Part shown: piece after piece, positions 1 through 14,615 of the stretch
How the letters are laid out: each line of letters begins with the position of its first letter
Numbering within the stretch: the first letter of the stretch is position 1
Assembly: GCF_009914755.1 (NCBI RefSeq)
Contig: NC_060925.1
From: the human T2T-CHM13v2.0 reference genome, Homo sapiens
Strand: one strand, 5' to 3'
DNA: 64,000 bases
Position numbers and translations under genes: made by a program
The notes under the pieces: model-generated
The model's input: only the letters and a program-made list of their open reading frames with translations
What the model was told of the DNA's origin: nothing
Database searches by the model: none

Positions 1-419
1 GAAGGCTGAAAAGAACATATATTTTTTAAAAATCTACCATTGAAGTAGTTTAGGAAAAATGTCTGTGAGCTGCAAACCCCCAAAGGAAAAGAACTAACTG
101 AGAGGAATACCTCTGGAAGAACATGTTGAGATGACTAGGGTACAAATTGGGCCTGAAATTCAATGTTTATTCTGGAGAGACTAGATAAACACTTAGTACT
201 TTAGCAGTAGTAGAACTAAAAGAAGGTACTTAAATTGGCTTAGGGTAGAAGTAGATTGCAAGAGCTCAGCCTTGAATAAATTAAATTAGTCAATTGTTTT
301 ACTTACTTATACATAATATGTACCCTGTATTTCTTCATGCTAATAGATAATATGATTTTTGCAATTTATCTGCCCTATGAAACATTTTATGGAAGACCTC
401 AGGTAGGAAGGTTATTTAA

Positions 420-938
<519 letters not shown>

Positions 939-1007
939 CAAGGCCTATTTCTTTGCAATAATTTACACAGTAAAATCCAAGATTAACACTTGAATTATTG
1001 CAACGCA

Positions 1008-1212
1008 TTCCTTCCATTTTTCCTTCCTTCCTTCTTTTTTGCCCTCACTCCTTTTCTTCTTTCCTTCCTTTCTTTCCTTTCTTTCTCTCCTCCCTCCCTC
1101 CTTCCCTCCCTTCTTTCCTTCCTCCCTTCTTACCCCTATCCTTTTCTCTTCCCTTCCCTTCCCTTTCCTTCTTTCCTTCTTTCCTTTCTCTCCTCTTTCC
1201 TTTTTTTTTCCT
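1008..1212. repeat. CT-rich low-complexity polypyrimidine tract
   Basis: Near-pure C/T run on + strand. Confidence 0.9.
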
Positions 1213-1740
1213 CAAAAAAATTTAAAGAAGGTTTAGGGGCACCTATGTACTATTTAAAAAAATGATAAAGAATGTGAGGAAGAAAATGTCCATGAACACT
1301 ATTTTAAATGCCATGTCTTAATATCAGTTTCCCTTGTTATTTTCCTAGCCAGTCTTTGTCAGGGAAATAGCAGTCATTTTCCTAAGCCTAAATTTAACAG
1401 ACACCTGATAACTCTGTATAGTACTTGCTGATAGGAACCGAAGTAAACAAGAGTGACGCATAGCAATGTTGTCATTTCTACTCTACCGAGTCCATGTGGG
1501 TATGGAGATAGAAAGAATGTGACTTGATTGAAAAGGAATTTGTTGTTGAATGAGAGGTTAAACTATGTTCTTAACTTTTAATCCTATGTGCAAAGCCTTT
1601 TAAATAATTTGGAAATAATATTACAAAAGGAACAATTTAACCTAAGTTAGTTGTACTCTACCATTTCTTTTTCAGAGAGAAGAATCAGTAGAGCTACATT
1701 TTCTTGGCACTCCAAAATGTGGATTTCAAAACTGTTAGTT

Positions 1741-1908
1741 CAGAAGTGTTCAACTTTTGCTGCCCACTGGAATTATCTGGAGAGCTGCAAAAGGACACTG
1801 ATGCCTGGGCTGCACCTCCTAGAGGTCTTGATTTGATCAATCCAAAGGAAGGCCTGGGCAGTAAATTTTTAAAAGTTCCACAGGTAATTCCAAGTTGGGA
1901 ACCATTGG
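1741..1908 (+). mobile_element. MER5A1-like hAT-Charlie MITE
   Basis: ttcaacttttgctgcccactggaattatctggagagct...gatgcctgggctgcacc...aaaagttccacaggtaattc...gggaaccattg follows the MER5A1 layout. Confidence 0.7.
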
Positions 1909-2367
1909 TAGCTGGAGTAGAAGACATTTATTAAGTAATGACACAAAATGAGGTTTGGGACAAACTTTGTATATCAAGTGAAGAAATTTATCCTGTAGGT
2001 AATGGTCAACCTTTGGGGTAGACAGATAAGTGCCATAATTTTGTTAGTTTTTAAAGTGGATTGACATGGGGAGCATTGAACAGCAGGCTTCAAGTGTTGC
2101 CCCCACAGTTCATGATCCTGCAATTTGCAGGCTTGCTCTCATTTCTGCAGTCGCTTTCACATTTTGATTCTGTCTTCCCTCCCTTGTCTCTTAAACTCTG
2201 GTAGTCTTGTTAGTATGCCCTACTGTGGCATCTCCATTAAGCATGATTTGTTCTATTCAGGACTTTCTCTAAGTTATACCATTAAAGAAGTTTCCTAAAC
2301 CTCAATAATTGTTTGATAATAAAGGTAAAGCCTTAAGTCTATTTAGTCTCTAAGTCTCTTCAGTTTT

Positions 2368-2626
2368 GAATATGTATATATGTGCGTGTGTGTATATATA
2401 TATGTGTGTGTATATATAGATGTGTATATATATGTGTGTATATATGTATATATATGTGTATATATGTATATATATGTGTATATATGTGTGTATATATATG
2501 TGTATATATATGTGTATATATGTGTATATATATGTGTGTATATATGTGTATATATGTGTGTATATATGTGTATATATGTGTGTATATATGTGTATATATA
2601 TGTGTGCGTGTATATATATATATATG
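2368..2626. repeat. (TATATGTG/TA)n microsatellite
   Basis: Alternating TA/TG repeat, ~260 bp. Confidence 0.97.
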
Positions 2627-3149
2627 CTACTCTTTTAGAAACACGTTTCTTTTTCAAATAACCTAAAACTGACTCCTTTTCAAGAAAAATACAGTGAATA
2701 GATTTTTATTTTACATTAGGAAATGTATGGTTTATAAACTGGAAAATCAAATGGCATTGATTTTATCAAATACATTACAATGAGAATCACCTTTAAAAAA
2801 TAACTACTCTACTTAATTTAAGCCTCGAGAGAGTCCTCATTGCCTGGACCAGGGACTTCCTTAAGAAATATTGGTTAAATAAATGTGTCAGAAAAAATTA
2901 TGAAAGTCTTTAAAATGAGCAAAAAGGGTTATTTGTGTCTATAAAGGTCTATATCTTTCCAGAGTTATTTGAGTCTATAAAGGTCTATATCTTTCATTGT
3001 TTTGGATCCATTTTACAACTCTGTAAATTGAAAAAAAAAACTGATAGTAATGCAAATTATTTTGTCCAATGGAAATGAAAATGAACTTCATCCATCCTGT
3101 AAAAGGCATCTCATTTGCATCTTTAATAGATGTAAATTCATTTTCAGCA

Positions 3150-3720
3150 TTTCTGATGGCCTCACGGATCAGGAGTCTGCAAGACCACCCTCAGGCTTCA
3201 TGCACTAAAAGGACTCACAGGACTCAGAAAAAGCTGTCATACTCATGTTTGTGGTTTATTAGAGTGAAAGACTACAGATTAGAGTCAGCAAAAGGAAAAG
3301 GTGGGTAGGGCAGAGTCTAGGAGAAACAGGACACAAGCTTCCAGTTGGCTTCTCCCAAAGGTGTTGCATGAACAGCACTTAATTATCTTAGCAACAATGT
3401 AACACACATGTAAATTTTTGCATCCTATGAATCTCATCTGAGCCTTGGTGTCCAAGGATTTTTATTGGGGTTAGTGACAAAGGCATGCAGCGGCTATGGG
3501 ACAACATTAACTACTCAGTCTCCAGCCCCCAGAGGTCAGTGTGGTTCAACAACTGATGCAGTGCGGTTCAACAACTTAGACGACAAAAACACTCCTGGCA
3601 GGCAGGAGATTTCAAGAGAGCTCAGAGGTCACCTCCTGGATGTCAGCCAAGGACCAGTCCTTTTTTTTTTGAATGTGCAGGGTTTGAGTAACCCAAGACT
3701 GCTGTGTTAACCTTTTTCTG
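3150..3720 (-). mobile_element. MER77-like ERVL LTR
   Basis: aagaccaccctcagg...ggactcacaggactcagaaaaagctgtcatactc...gagccttggtgtccaaggatttttattgggg matches the MER77/MER21 group; AATAAA on - strand. Confidence 0.7.
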
Positions 3721-3869
3721 GACACCTATATACATATATTTGTCTGTTCTTTGGATTCTCCATTGAACTGGGTATTGCTGTTACTGTTTTTGCCTTCCTA
3801 GTTCCTCATTAATGGGCTAAAATAAATCTTTGACACGTTTATGTTTGCATATGAGTCATGATTTTACTT

Positions 3870-4142
3870 TGTTTTTGTTTGTTTGTTTGTTTGTGTTTGT
3901 TTTTTTTTTTGAGGCAGGGTCTCACTCTCGGTCAGGCTGCGGGGTAGTGGTGTGCACTCACGGCTCATTGCAGCCTCGACCTCGTGGGCTCAAGTGATCC
4001 TCCCCCCTCATTTTTTGATTTTTTGTAGAGAAGAGGTCTCACTATGTTGTCCAGGCTGGTCTTGAACTCTTGGGCTTAAGTGATTCTCCCTCCTTGGTCT
4101 CTTAAAGTACTGAGATTACAGGCACGTGCCACCATGCCCAGC
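3870..4142 (-). mobile_element. AluJ with internal deletion near the arm junction
   Basis: J diagnostics (gcagcctcgacctc, gggctcaagtgatcctccc); gcctcccaagtagctgggactacagg segment missing; (GTTT)n tail. Confidence 0.88.
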
Positions 4143-4227
4143 AATTTTCCTTTTTTTCTTAAAAGTCAACCTTTAACAAATATGTGAGCATAAAAATTGC
4201 TAATACTTTTTTTTTGCTTATTTCTCC

Positions 4228-4490
4228 TGCCTACCGCCTTTCTTTCTTCTCCCTCTCCCCTTTTCCCTTCTCCCTTTCCCCTCTTCCCCCTTCTCCCCTC
4301 CCCACCCCTCTCCTCTCCTCCCCTACCCTCCCCTTCCTCCCTCCCTCACTCCCTCCATCCCTTCCTTCCTGCCTTGCTTTTCTTTTCTTTTTTCTCTCTC
4401 CATCCCTCTCTCTCTTTCTCTCTCTCTTTCTCCTTCCTTCCTTCCTTCCTTCCTTCCTTCCTTCCTTCCTTCCTTCCTCCCTTCCTTCCA
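4228..4490. repeat. CT-rich/(TTCC)n tract
   Basis: Polypyrimidine run ending in (ttcc)n. Confidence 0.92.
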
Positions 4491-4679
4491 TAAATGAATG
4501 TATATTTGCCAATTGGGGCATATGGAAATGCTGAAACTTAATGTATGCCCTTATTTCACATTTCCTTTATCAACGTGAAAAGTTATCTGTGACTAAGTGC
4601 TCTTGCATGTCTATACTGAATTATAGTTTAGAGAGGCCATTCATAGATGCTGCCTCATCTGTCTTTCCCTCTATCCTAT

Positions 4680-4770
4680 TGAGGCAGACAGATGATGGGT
4701 TTCATTTTGCAGATAATGAAATGGAGGCTTAGAGTTATAAGTGATTTGTCCAAAGTTTCCAACTGAAAAG
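4680..4770 (-). mobile_element. MIR core fragment
   Basis: ttcattttgcagataatgaaatggaggcttagag...gtgatttgtccaaag. Confidence 0.65.
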
Positions 4771-4809
4771 GAGCCAGACTTTTCTTTCTAGGTACACATA
4801 CTCAGCAGC

Positions 4810-5745
4810 TTTCTAGTGTTTACCTGAATGTCCTGCAGACATCACAAATTTAATGTACAAAATGGAAAATTTTCTCTTTCTCTGTCCTCCTCCTCAATTT
4901 CTTTCTGCTCCAACTTTTAGTCATCTATTAAGTAGCACTTCCTACTCAGTTTCTTATGCCACAAACCTGGGAGCATTCCCTGACTACCCTTTCCTTCTCT
5001 CTTACTTCCCATATCCAATCTATCACCAAGTCATTTGGATTCTATCTTTACAATAATATCTCTACTCCATCTCCTTCTTTCCATCTCCACTGTGTCCACT
5101 GTAGTTCCAGACACCAGGTTCTTCTGCAGTTTTCCTTATTTTTTACCTTTAATTGTTACTGTACTGCAACCAGAGTGCTCTTTTACTAAAAATAAATCTC
5201 ATCGTTATACTTTAAATCCTTCCATGCCACAATAACTCACAGCCTGATATGCTCAAAAGTCTGTGTGGTTTACTTCTTCAACTCTCCACCCTCATTCTGT
5301 CTACCATGTTCTAACCCATGAACCTCTCTGTTCCTCAAACGTGCCAAGCTTCTTTCGGCTTTAAAGCCTTTGCCATGCTGTTTTCTCTGATTGAATATTC
5401 CTCCCCGCTGCTCTTCGTCACCCAGTTGCCTGGCTAACTCATGTCCATCCTTCAGTTTAAATGTCACTTCCTCAGACAGGCTTTCCTTAAACCCTCCAAT
5501 TCAGTGTAAGTACCTCCTGTCATTTTCTAATTACACCCTGTAATTTTCCTTGTGGTACTTACTATAATTGTAATTAAATATGCTTTTGTTTCATGTTCCA
5601 CTAGCTCCATGAAGGCAACAATTAAGTCTGTTTTGTCCACAACAAAACAGACTTCCAATGATAGGCCCAGAAACTAGAGAGTTAGAAAAGGGCTTGGCAT
5701 ACAGTAGGTACTCAATACATCTTTTTTGAAAGAATGAAAGCAAAG
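4810..5745 (+). mobile_element. L2 (L2a-like) 3' portion
   Basis: Typical L2 3' UTR motifs (aaatgtcacttcctcagacaggc; ttggcatacagtaggtactcaata...gaatgaa). Confidence 0.8.
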
Positions 5746-5968
5746 CAAATCCCAGAACTTCTCATTCCAAATTCAGGGATGTTTTCCTGATGTTATACTG
5801 CCTTTCTGAGTAGCCCTTTTCACATTTTTACTATCTCTCCTTCAGTTTTCCTTTTGTAAATTTAATTTTTTACTACCTCAAGTAAATTATAATTAACTCT
5901 TTTATCATTAATATTTTCAACTACTGTATTAACGGTTTGAAAATGACCATGCCCTGAAAGGTTGTTAA

Positions 5969-6289
<321 letters not shown>

Positions 6290-6677
6290 CCAAGGATCTT
6301 ATTCTTAAGGCATTAAATACTAGTCCAATTGGACATTCCCATTTTCCATACAACCCTGTTTTCTTCCTTTATTGCCTCAATGGAGTCTACACTTTTCAAA
6401 TATCTGCCAGTTGGCCTTTCCACACAAAACAATTCCCTTCTTTTCAAATTTCTTTTAATTTGAGGTTGAAGGTGACCATTTTTTCTCTAACCTATGCTGT
6501 ATTAAAAAATATAGATATGTAAGTGATGCAGAGAGTAGCCCCCCCCACATAGAGGAGGCTTGGTAATAGTGAGAGCTACCATTTCTTAAGGAGAGGCTCT
6601 GTGACAGACATAAGGTATACATACATCATCTCCAACCCTCACAACAATCTTGGAATAGAAGTGTTATTATTTTTATT

Positions 6678-6978
6678 TGTATTAAGTTATTTTCTGCTAT
6701 GTAACACCCACCCACTCCCCAGTTTCCAATTTAGCAGCTTAAACAACACACATTCTTAAAACTCACAGCTTCTGTGGGTCAGAAATGCAGGCCCTGCTTA
6801 GCTGGGTCCTCTGCTTCAAGGTCTCCCACAAAGCTGCACCGAAGATGTGGGCTGATGCTGCAGCCATCTCAAGGCTCAACTAGGGAAGGTCCACTTCCAA
6901 GCTTTCAGTAAATTGTATTTCCATCTTATGTGGCTGTTGGCAGGCCTCAGGTCCTTACTGGCTATTGGTCAGAGACAT

Positions 6979-7058
<80 letters not shown>

Positions 7059-7247
7059 CAGCACTAGATGGAAGTTACATTACTTATGTGACCTAAGCTT
7101 GCAAGTGATAGCTCATCACTTTTGCCATATTCTATTCATTAGAAGGAATGCACTAGGTCCAACCAACCCACAGTGGTAGGGAATTACACAAGGGCATGAA
7201 TACCAGAAGGTATGCATTGGGAACTATCTTAGAGGCTGCCCACAACA
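6678..7247 (-). mobile_element. MLT1F-like MaLR solo LTR
   Basis: Starts tgtattaagttat; aaggctcaactagggaaggtccacttccaagc; ends gggcatgaataccagaagg...cttagaggctgcccacaaca. Confidence 0.75.
6981..7057. repeat. (TG)n(AG)n compound microsatellite
   Basis: Direct read. Confidence 0.97.
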
Positions 7248-7764
7248 TCCCTGGACAGAAAAAAACAAAAGAGGTGCAGATAAATTGATTAATGATGAGG
7301 CTGGAATTCAAGCCTAAATCCATCAGATCCAGACCCCTCATTCTTTCTATTGCATTTTGAAGTCTTATGATGTTCAAAAAATGATTGTTGTTGAAGATGA
7401 TTCTAACATCACAAATTGATGCCATAAAATAAAACCAGGTATTTTTCATACCCATAGACTAAACTTGTAGGCCATTCATTTAATAATGGCCTACATCTGT
7501 TCTGAAGAAATACCGGGTTAGATTATCAATATAGGGGAGAAACATGGGCAACAATGCAGAGGGTGCAACCTAAGAGTGGTGGGTGGTGTCGGGAGTGACA
7601 GACATAGCTAATGATTAATGCAGGATCATAGAAGATTGACACAGCTTCTACCCAAATAAATGGTAAATGTAGTCAGGGTTATTGGCCTAAGTAATCAAGT
7701 ATCTAGTAATTCCATAGGTTCCTGCTTGGTGCAGAAATAAGTCTCCCAGGCCTAAGATTATTTC

Positions 7765-7921
7765 TTTCTTTCTTTCTTTTTTTTACATAATTTAAAAAAT
7801 TTGTGTAGAGATGGGGTGTCGCTACATTGCACAGGCTAGTCTCGAACTCCCGGGCTCAGGTGATCTTCCTGCCTTGGCCTCTCAAAGTGTTGGGATTACA
7901 CGCATGAGCCACTGCACCCTA
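7765..7921 (-). mobile_element. FLAM_C-like Alu monomer
   Basis: Single left-arm Alu; TSD cctaagattatttc at 7751-7764 and 7922-7935. Confidence 0.85.
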
Positions 7922-8151
7922 CCTAAGATTATTTCATTTATTTCTATTTTTTTCTGTTCAGCTGTTGAGTGCTGTCCATTCTGTATTTTCTGTACTCCAA
8001 CTTTTCAGATGGATAATAAAGTCACCCTTGCATATTCCCCCCTTCCTTTTCTTTTAACCTGTGTTCGATTCATTCAGAACCTTTTTTTTTAACCTGTGTT
8101 CAGATTCTCTGTGTTCGATTTCTGCCTTTACTCAGGCAGAAAAAAAGGTCA

Positions 8152-8643
<492 letters not shown>

Positions 8644-10009
8644 TCAAGATTTTCGAGGGCTTTAAATCCTAATTGTAAAGGTTATTCTTCATATCACTAA
8701 AGCTAGTGCTGAAACAAAATGGGCATAACATTGCTTGATGTCCACTAACTGGTCATTGACTGTCATGCAAAGCTGGTTGTTTTGTTATTCTTTAGAATCT
8801 GGGGATGAGAATCTGAATAGACTAGCATTTTGTAGTTCACATACTTCCTCCTAACCCTTTTTAGAGCAAAAATGAAAAAAGGGGGAAGTACATTTTTTAA
8901 ATGAATAATATTCTTCTCTACATGTAAAAAAAGTTTGGGAAATATGCTATTTAGAATATATGATTCTGTCTTCTTGGCGCTCCTATGAATTAATTACAGG
9001 TCACAGAATATAACTCACTCTGCATGAAACTTAGAGAACAGCTTGGTCTTCATAATAACCCTTCCAAGGTGCTCTCTCAATGTCAAATTGCAAAGAAAGT
9101 GCTCTTATCAGATCCGTTGAATGCTTCTAGATCATAGAAATAGAAGAAAGGCCAAGGATTTTATGCTAATCTCGTGTTTAAATCTCATCTAGAAGAAATA
9201 GCTTATGTGTAAGTGAAAAGAAAATTAGCACCTTTTCTCAATAAGCGTCAAAGTACATGAGCCCTTTGTTAGCATAAAGTCTAGGGAAACAAAATAACCA
9301 TAGCCAGCTTGATGACAGGTAACCAGCCCTGTGTAATTTGGCTTTCTTTGAAATTTCCTTTTACATAAATGCTAAACAAACAAACAAACAAAAAACAAAA
9401 AACTCTTGGCAATTGTGCAACTGAATTGCCAGTGTCTTTCTCTCTTAGACAAGAACGACTTCTCATTCATGTGACAGTCATGAATAAGAAGGGAATACAC
9501 TCTGGTACACTTAACTCCCTTGAGGGCACTTTAGCAAATAGCTCTACAGATCATTATTAAGTTAAGTTCGAAGAACATCTTTCTCCCTCAACTCAGTAAC
9601 ACATTTAGTGGTATATGTGATGCAGTCAGCTGATGGTCTATGGATGTTTTACAATTCTCAGGGTTGGCCTTAATATAATTTATATCACAAAAAATCCAGA
9701 ACTTCTCTACTGACCAAAGTTCTTAAAAGACAACAGCAGCACTGTAAAAATTGTGGTGTCTGATCTTTTCATCTGGAAGGCACACATACATGTTTGTTGA
9801 CAAATGAATGAGAAACGCGGCTATTGGATTAACATGGTATTTATATGCTTTACTGAAACTGCCCTAATGGAATCAAATAATTTTAGAGCCAGAAGGAAGT
9901 TTAGACATATAGTCAAAAATGGTGATGTTTATAAAGAAATAATCTTTTAAAATCTCATAGTACTTAGGTGAGCCTGCCATTCTATTGAAAAGTGGTGAAG
10001 CCCAACTGG

Positions 10010-10485
10010 ACTCAGAAGGATTCTAGTTATGGGTACAGAAATAAATCTTGGGTGATTTAGGCAGAAAAAAAGATTGGCAACTCACAGCTCACATCTCCAG
10101 GAAGGCTAGAGAGCCAGGATCAGAAAGAAGGGATTGCTGAGCCACAGACAGCACCACATTTCACAACCAGTCCTGTGAGGTCACTGGTGTAACTCTCACA
10201 GACCTCTGGACCCTGTGGGGTAGATGATGCTGGTGGCACTGCCCCTCTTGGAGAATGAATGTGTCAGTCAAGTCTGCCTCTGCCACCAACATGATGGATT
10301 CCCCCGTGTCTCTGCTGGTCAGTGTCATGATATCCCAATTTGAAAGTTGTGGCTTATTGGGAGATCAGGTTACAAGGGGCTCAGAGAGGTGAGTATCTAG
10401 CTTTATACAGAGGGACATTCTTTAAACATATGAAGAAGGTTTAGATGATTGGAAATAAAAAAAAAATTGATAAATGTCCAGTATA
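10010..10485 (-). mobile_element. Old MaLR LTR (MLT1K/L/N-like)
   Basis: acagaaataaatcttgggtgatttaggcagaaa...ggaaggctagagagccagg...gagaggtgagtatctagc...aaatgtccagtata resembles late MLT1 LTRs. Confidence 0.5.
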
Positions 10486-10844
10486 CCAGGTCCCTTGTCT
10501 TGCAGTTTTCCTGAGCTTCACTTTATGGTTTTATACATAGTTCATTCAACAAAAATTTATTGAGAGGCTAGAGGGTTCTGAGAATATAACCATCAATGAG
10601 GTACTTCCTGTTCTTCAGGATCTTACGGATACTCAGCCCTGTAAAGAGATAAATCATAATAAAACTGAAAGAATGTAGTAATACAGATATGAGCCAATGG
10701 TTCAAGAAAGTAAATTCCTCCCTAATCTAGTAAATAGACTATATTCTTCCAGTTACCCAGGAAATTAAATTATTCTACAATAATTTTCTAGGTTAAATAA
10801 ATTATATAGTTATTTGTCTGCTTAGTAGTAGTTTAGGAGTTCTG

Positions 10845-10878
<34 letters not shown>
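10845..10878. repeat. (CA)n microsatellite
   Basis: Direct read. Confidence 0.95.
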
Positions 10879-11322
10879 CCTAGAGGAACAGGCATTGTAT
10901 TCTTACTGGAAATAAACTTCTCATTTTCATGCCTGGTAGAATAAACATTATTATTTTTCTCTTCTTGTCCAATAAACATTTAACAAATGAAAATACTGGA
11001 TTGTAGTGAATTTGCTTGGTTTGAAAATATAAATTTGGATTTATTTTATTCTTATCTTGAAATTTAACAATGAAGGTTAAAAGTAAACTTTCACTTTTTC
11101 TTTTCTTTCTTTCTGTACAAAGATATGTACGTAATAAAATATTCTTCAATTGTGGTCTTTGCTCAGACATATATATTAGAAATAATAAGATCAGACATGT
11201 TTTTAATATACTGAAAGGAAATACGTTTTAGTTGCTGAAGTCCCATGGGAAAATTGTGAAAGGAAGTTTGTTTTCAGTTCCACTGTACACGGACCCTGTC
11301 CCGGCTTTTAAAAGCCTTTCCT

Positions 11323-11612
11323 GGCTGGGCGCGGTGGCTCACGCCTGTAATCCCAGCACTTTGGGAGGCCGAGGTGGGCGGATCACGAGGTCAGGAGATC
11401 GAGACCATCCTGGCTAACACGGTGAAACCCCGTCTCTACTAAAAATACAAAAAATTAGCCGAGCGTGGTGGCGGGCGCCTGTAGTCCCAGCTACTCAGGA
11501 GGCTGAGGCGGGAGAATGGCGTGAACCCGGGAGGCAGAGCTTGCAGTGAGCCAAGAACATGCCTGGGCGACAGAGCGAGACTCCTTCTCAAAAAAAAAAC
11601 AAAAAGAAAAAG
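11323..11612 (+). mobile_element. AluY with a short right-arm deletion
   Basis: Y diagnostics gagatcgagaccatcctggctaacacgg, gaatggcgtgaacc, gagcttgcag; ccactgcactcca missing; TSD aaagcctttcc (11311-11321/11613-11623). Confidence 0.95.
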
Positions 11613-11727
11613 AAAGCCTTTCCCTCCCGCCAGGCGCTACTCCCTTGTGCTCTGTGTCCTGGGCTTGACTGCAATGGCGCAGGCTGGGGTAGCTCGAGGG
11701 CTCCTCTTCTCTGTGGTGTTTGCTGCT

Positions 11728-12315
<588 letters not shown>

Positions 12316-12679
12316 TGTATTTCTGTTAAGAAATAACTTCATTTCTGCAAACTCCTGTGCCTTCCCTCTAATTTGAGATTATTCATAATAAACTATGTGT
12401 CTGTATATTTTCTTTTCTTTTCTGGGGTTTTAAGTTTCCCTCTTTTCCTTCATTCATTTTTCAGAACTCTTTTCATTCATTTGTTTCTTCTTTTACTTTA
12501 TAATTCCTTTCCTTGCTATCTGTAATAGTAAACCATGCACCAAATTTGAGGTAGCTGTGGTTAGACCAATTTAGTTTTATATATAGGCAGTGGCCTGCAT
12601 GTCCTGGATGCAAAAATGAATCAAAATAAAACAAACCTGCCCCCAAAAAACCCTAGCCTATGTAAAAGTATAAGAAGAT

Positions 12680-13140
12680 AGGCTGTCTAGGGCTGTCATA
12701 ACAAATTATTACAAACAGCATGGCTTAAAACAACCGAAATTTATTCCCTCACAGTTCTTGAGGCTAGCGGTTTGAAATCAAGGTATTGACAGGGCCAGGC
12801 TTCCTCTGAAGGCTCTAGGGAAGAATCTTTCTTTGCTTCTTCTTAGCTTCTTGTGGTTCCTTAGCCTCTGACGTTCCTTGGACTGTAGATGCATCAGTAC
12901 CATCTTTGCCTTTGTTGTTACATGGCCCTGTGTGTGTGTCTCTGTGTTTCTTCTCCTCTTCTTGTAAGGAAATCCAAATGTAATTTGGATTAAGGGCCCA
13001 CGCTGCTCCAATATGACCTCATCTTAACTTAACTAATTATATCTGCAATTACATTTATTTTCAAATAAGATCACATTCTGAGGTTCCAGGGGTTAGGACT
13101 TCAACATATCTTTTGAGGGGACACAATTCAACACGTAACA
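12680..13140 (-). mobile_element. MLT1C-like MaLR solo LTR
   Basis: ctagggctgtcataacaaatt...gaaggctctagggaagaatc...ggttaggacttcaacatatcttttgaggggacacaattcaac. Confidence 0.85.
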
Positions 13141-13369
13141 GCCTGCTACCATTTATGTTAACATTAATTTTCCTTCTTGTGATTCCTTAGAGGTTTGAGT
13201 TTGTGCTGTCATTAAAAAAAAAAAGTGTGAAAAGTAGCCATAACATATAATTATATTGAGGAAAAAAGTAGGTAGGCCTTGAAAAATTATTTACTGAGCA
13301 TCTAATTGTGCCTGGAGCTAGGCATTGTGGAAGATATAAGAGTAATAAAATCACACCATTGTTAGAAAA

Positions 13370-13750
13370 GCGAATTCTCAGGATCCAGCACAGATCAAAT
13401 GACTCCGAATCCACATTTTAGCAAGAGCCTAGGCTGCAAGGATCAAAATGGCTGGGTAGCTTCACTGACTGAAGGGCAGCTGTTCTTATACTCTGTTGCA
13501 CTTTAGAAGAGTCATGATGGCTGGGCTGCACCCCCATGAAAATTAAATAAAAATTTCTGGGACTGGGATCCAGGTAACAGTATTAAAAAACAAAAACAAA
13601 ACCCTATATGCAGTTATAATATTGCTTCTCAAATTACAAAGCACATACAAATCACCTGGGATCTTGCTAAAATGCAGATTCTGATTCATAGGTCTGGGTG
13701 GACCCTAATAACTTGCATTTTTAACCAGTTCTCAGTTGATGCTGTTGTAA
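13370..13750. mobile_element. Cluster of MER5A/5B fragments
   Basis: aatcacctgggatcttgctaaaatgcagattctgattcataggtctggg...ttgcatttttaaccag plus two shorter upstream pieces. Confidence 0.65.
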
Positions 13751-14494
13751 TTTTATTTCTCTTGTATTCCCCACAATGTCTAGTTCATGAACAAGTAGAT
13801 GCTAATTAAATATATTTTGAAAGGCGAAATTTTCTGATTTCAGAATTAGTAAATATTTCAGATGTAAAGGAAGAAATAGGCTTCACAATGTTTAATTTGA
13901 AAGTACTTCAAAGGAAAAAAATTTTTTTTCTCAGACTTGAAGAAGGCAAAAACACTTCAAACAAAATGTCCTTTGTTTTCTCAGGATTCTCTATGAGAAA
14001 ATAGACTCAATAAGAGATAACAGCTTGGGTTGTTTTTCTGTTTCTCTTACACAGTTGCTTCAAGTCTCATTATTAGGTTCCCTGGGTACAACACTCAAAG
14101 ATCATTCCCAGACTGTATTAAGTTCCTGTGGAGTGATTATTTCATTACAAGCGATGTATACAGACTGATGGCTTGATAAACAATAGATCACCCAGAACTC
14201 TATTATGGTTCACACCGCTAATGTATTGTTTTCTGTTTCATAGGAAATACATCCCAGATTTGTCTGAGAGATGCTGTTTAGGATAAGAGTTATGTGATTT
14301 CTCAGTTCCCGATCAAAGTTTAAAGTGTTTGACTTGATTAAAAACCATTCTTCTTTAAAACAGAATCCATTGCAGACAATTTCAGATATTTGTTCTTAGA
14401 CATTCTAGGAGTAAGACTATAAAACATACTACTCTGTAGATGTGGCTTATCATTCTTACTTCCCTTATCCTCTTTGCTGTAAACCTCCACACGC

Positions 14495-14615
14495 TTTTTT
14501 TTTTTAAGAGACTGGGTCTTGCTATTTTGTCCAGGCTCGTCTTGAACTCCTGGGCTCACGATATCCTCCCTCCTCAGCTTCTGGAGTAGCTGGGACTACA
14601 GGCGCATATACCACT
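14495..14615 (-). mobile_element. FLAM_A-like Alu monomer
   Basis: gggtcttgctattttgtccaggctcgtcttgaactcctgggctc...gtagctgggactacagg. Confidence 0.8.

Larger units (their letters stand above)
6560..7350 (-). mobile_element. MIR split by an MLT1F-like LTR (MIR parts ~6560-6677 and ~7250-7350)
   Basis: accctcacaacaatcttggaatagaagtgttattat on the left; ggctggaattcaagcctaaatc on the right. Confidence 0.6.

Noticed and set aside
2368-2626. Array-like periodic repeat
   Set aside because: Simple microsatellite; no repeat-spacer structure, and the context is eukaryotic
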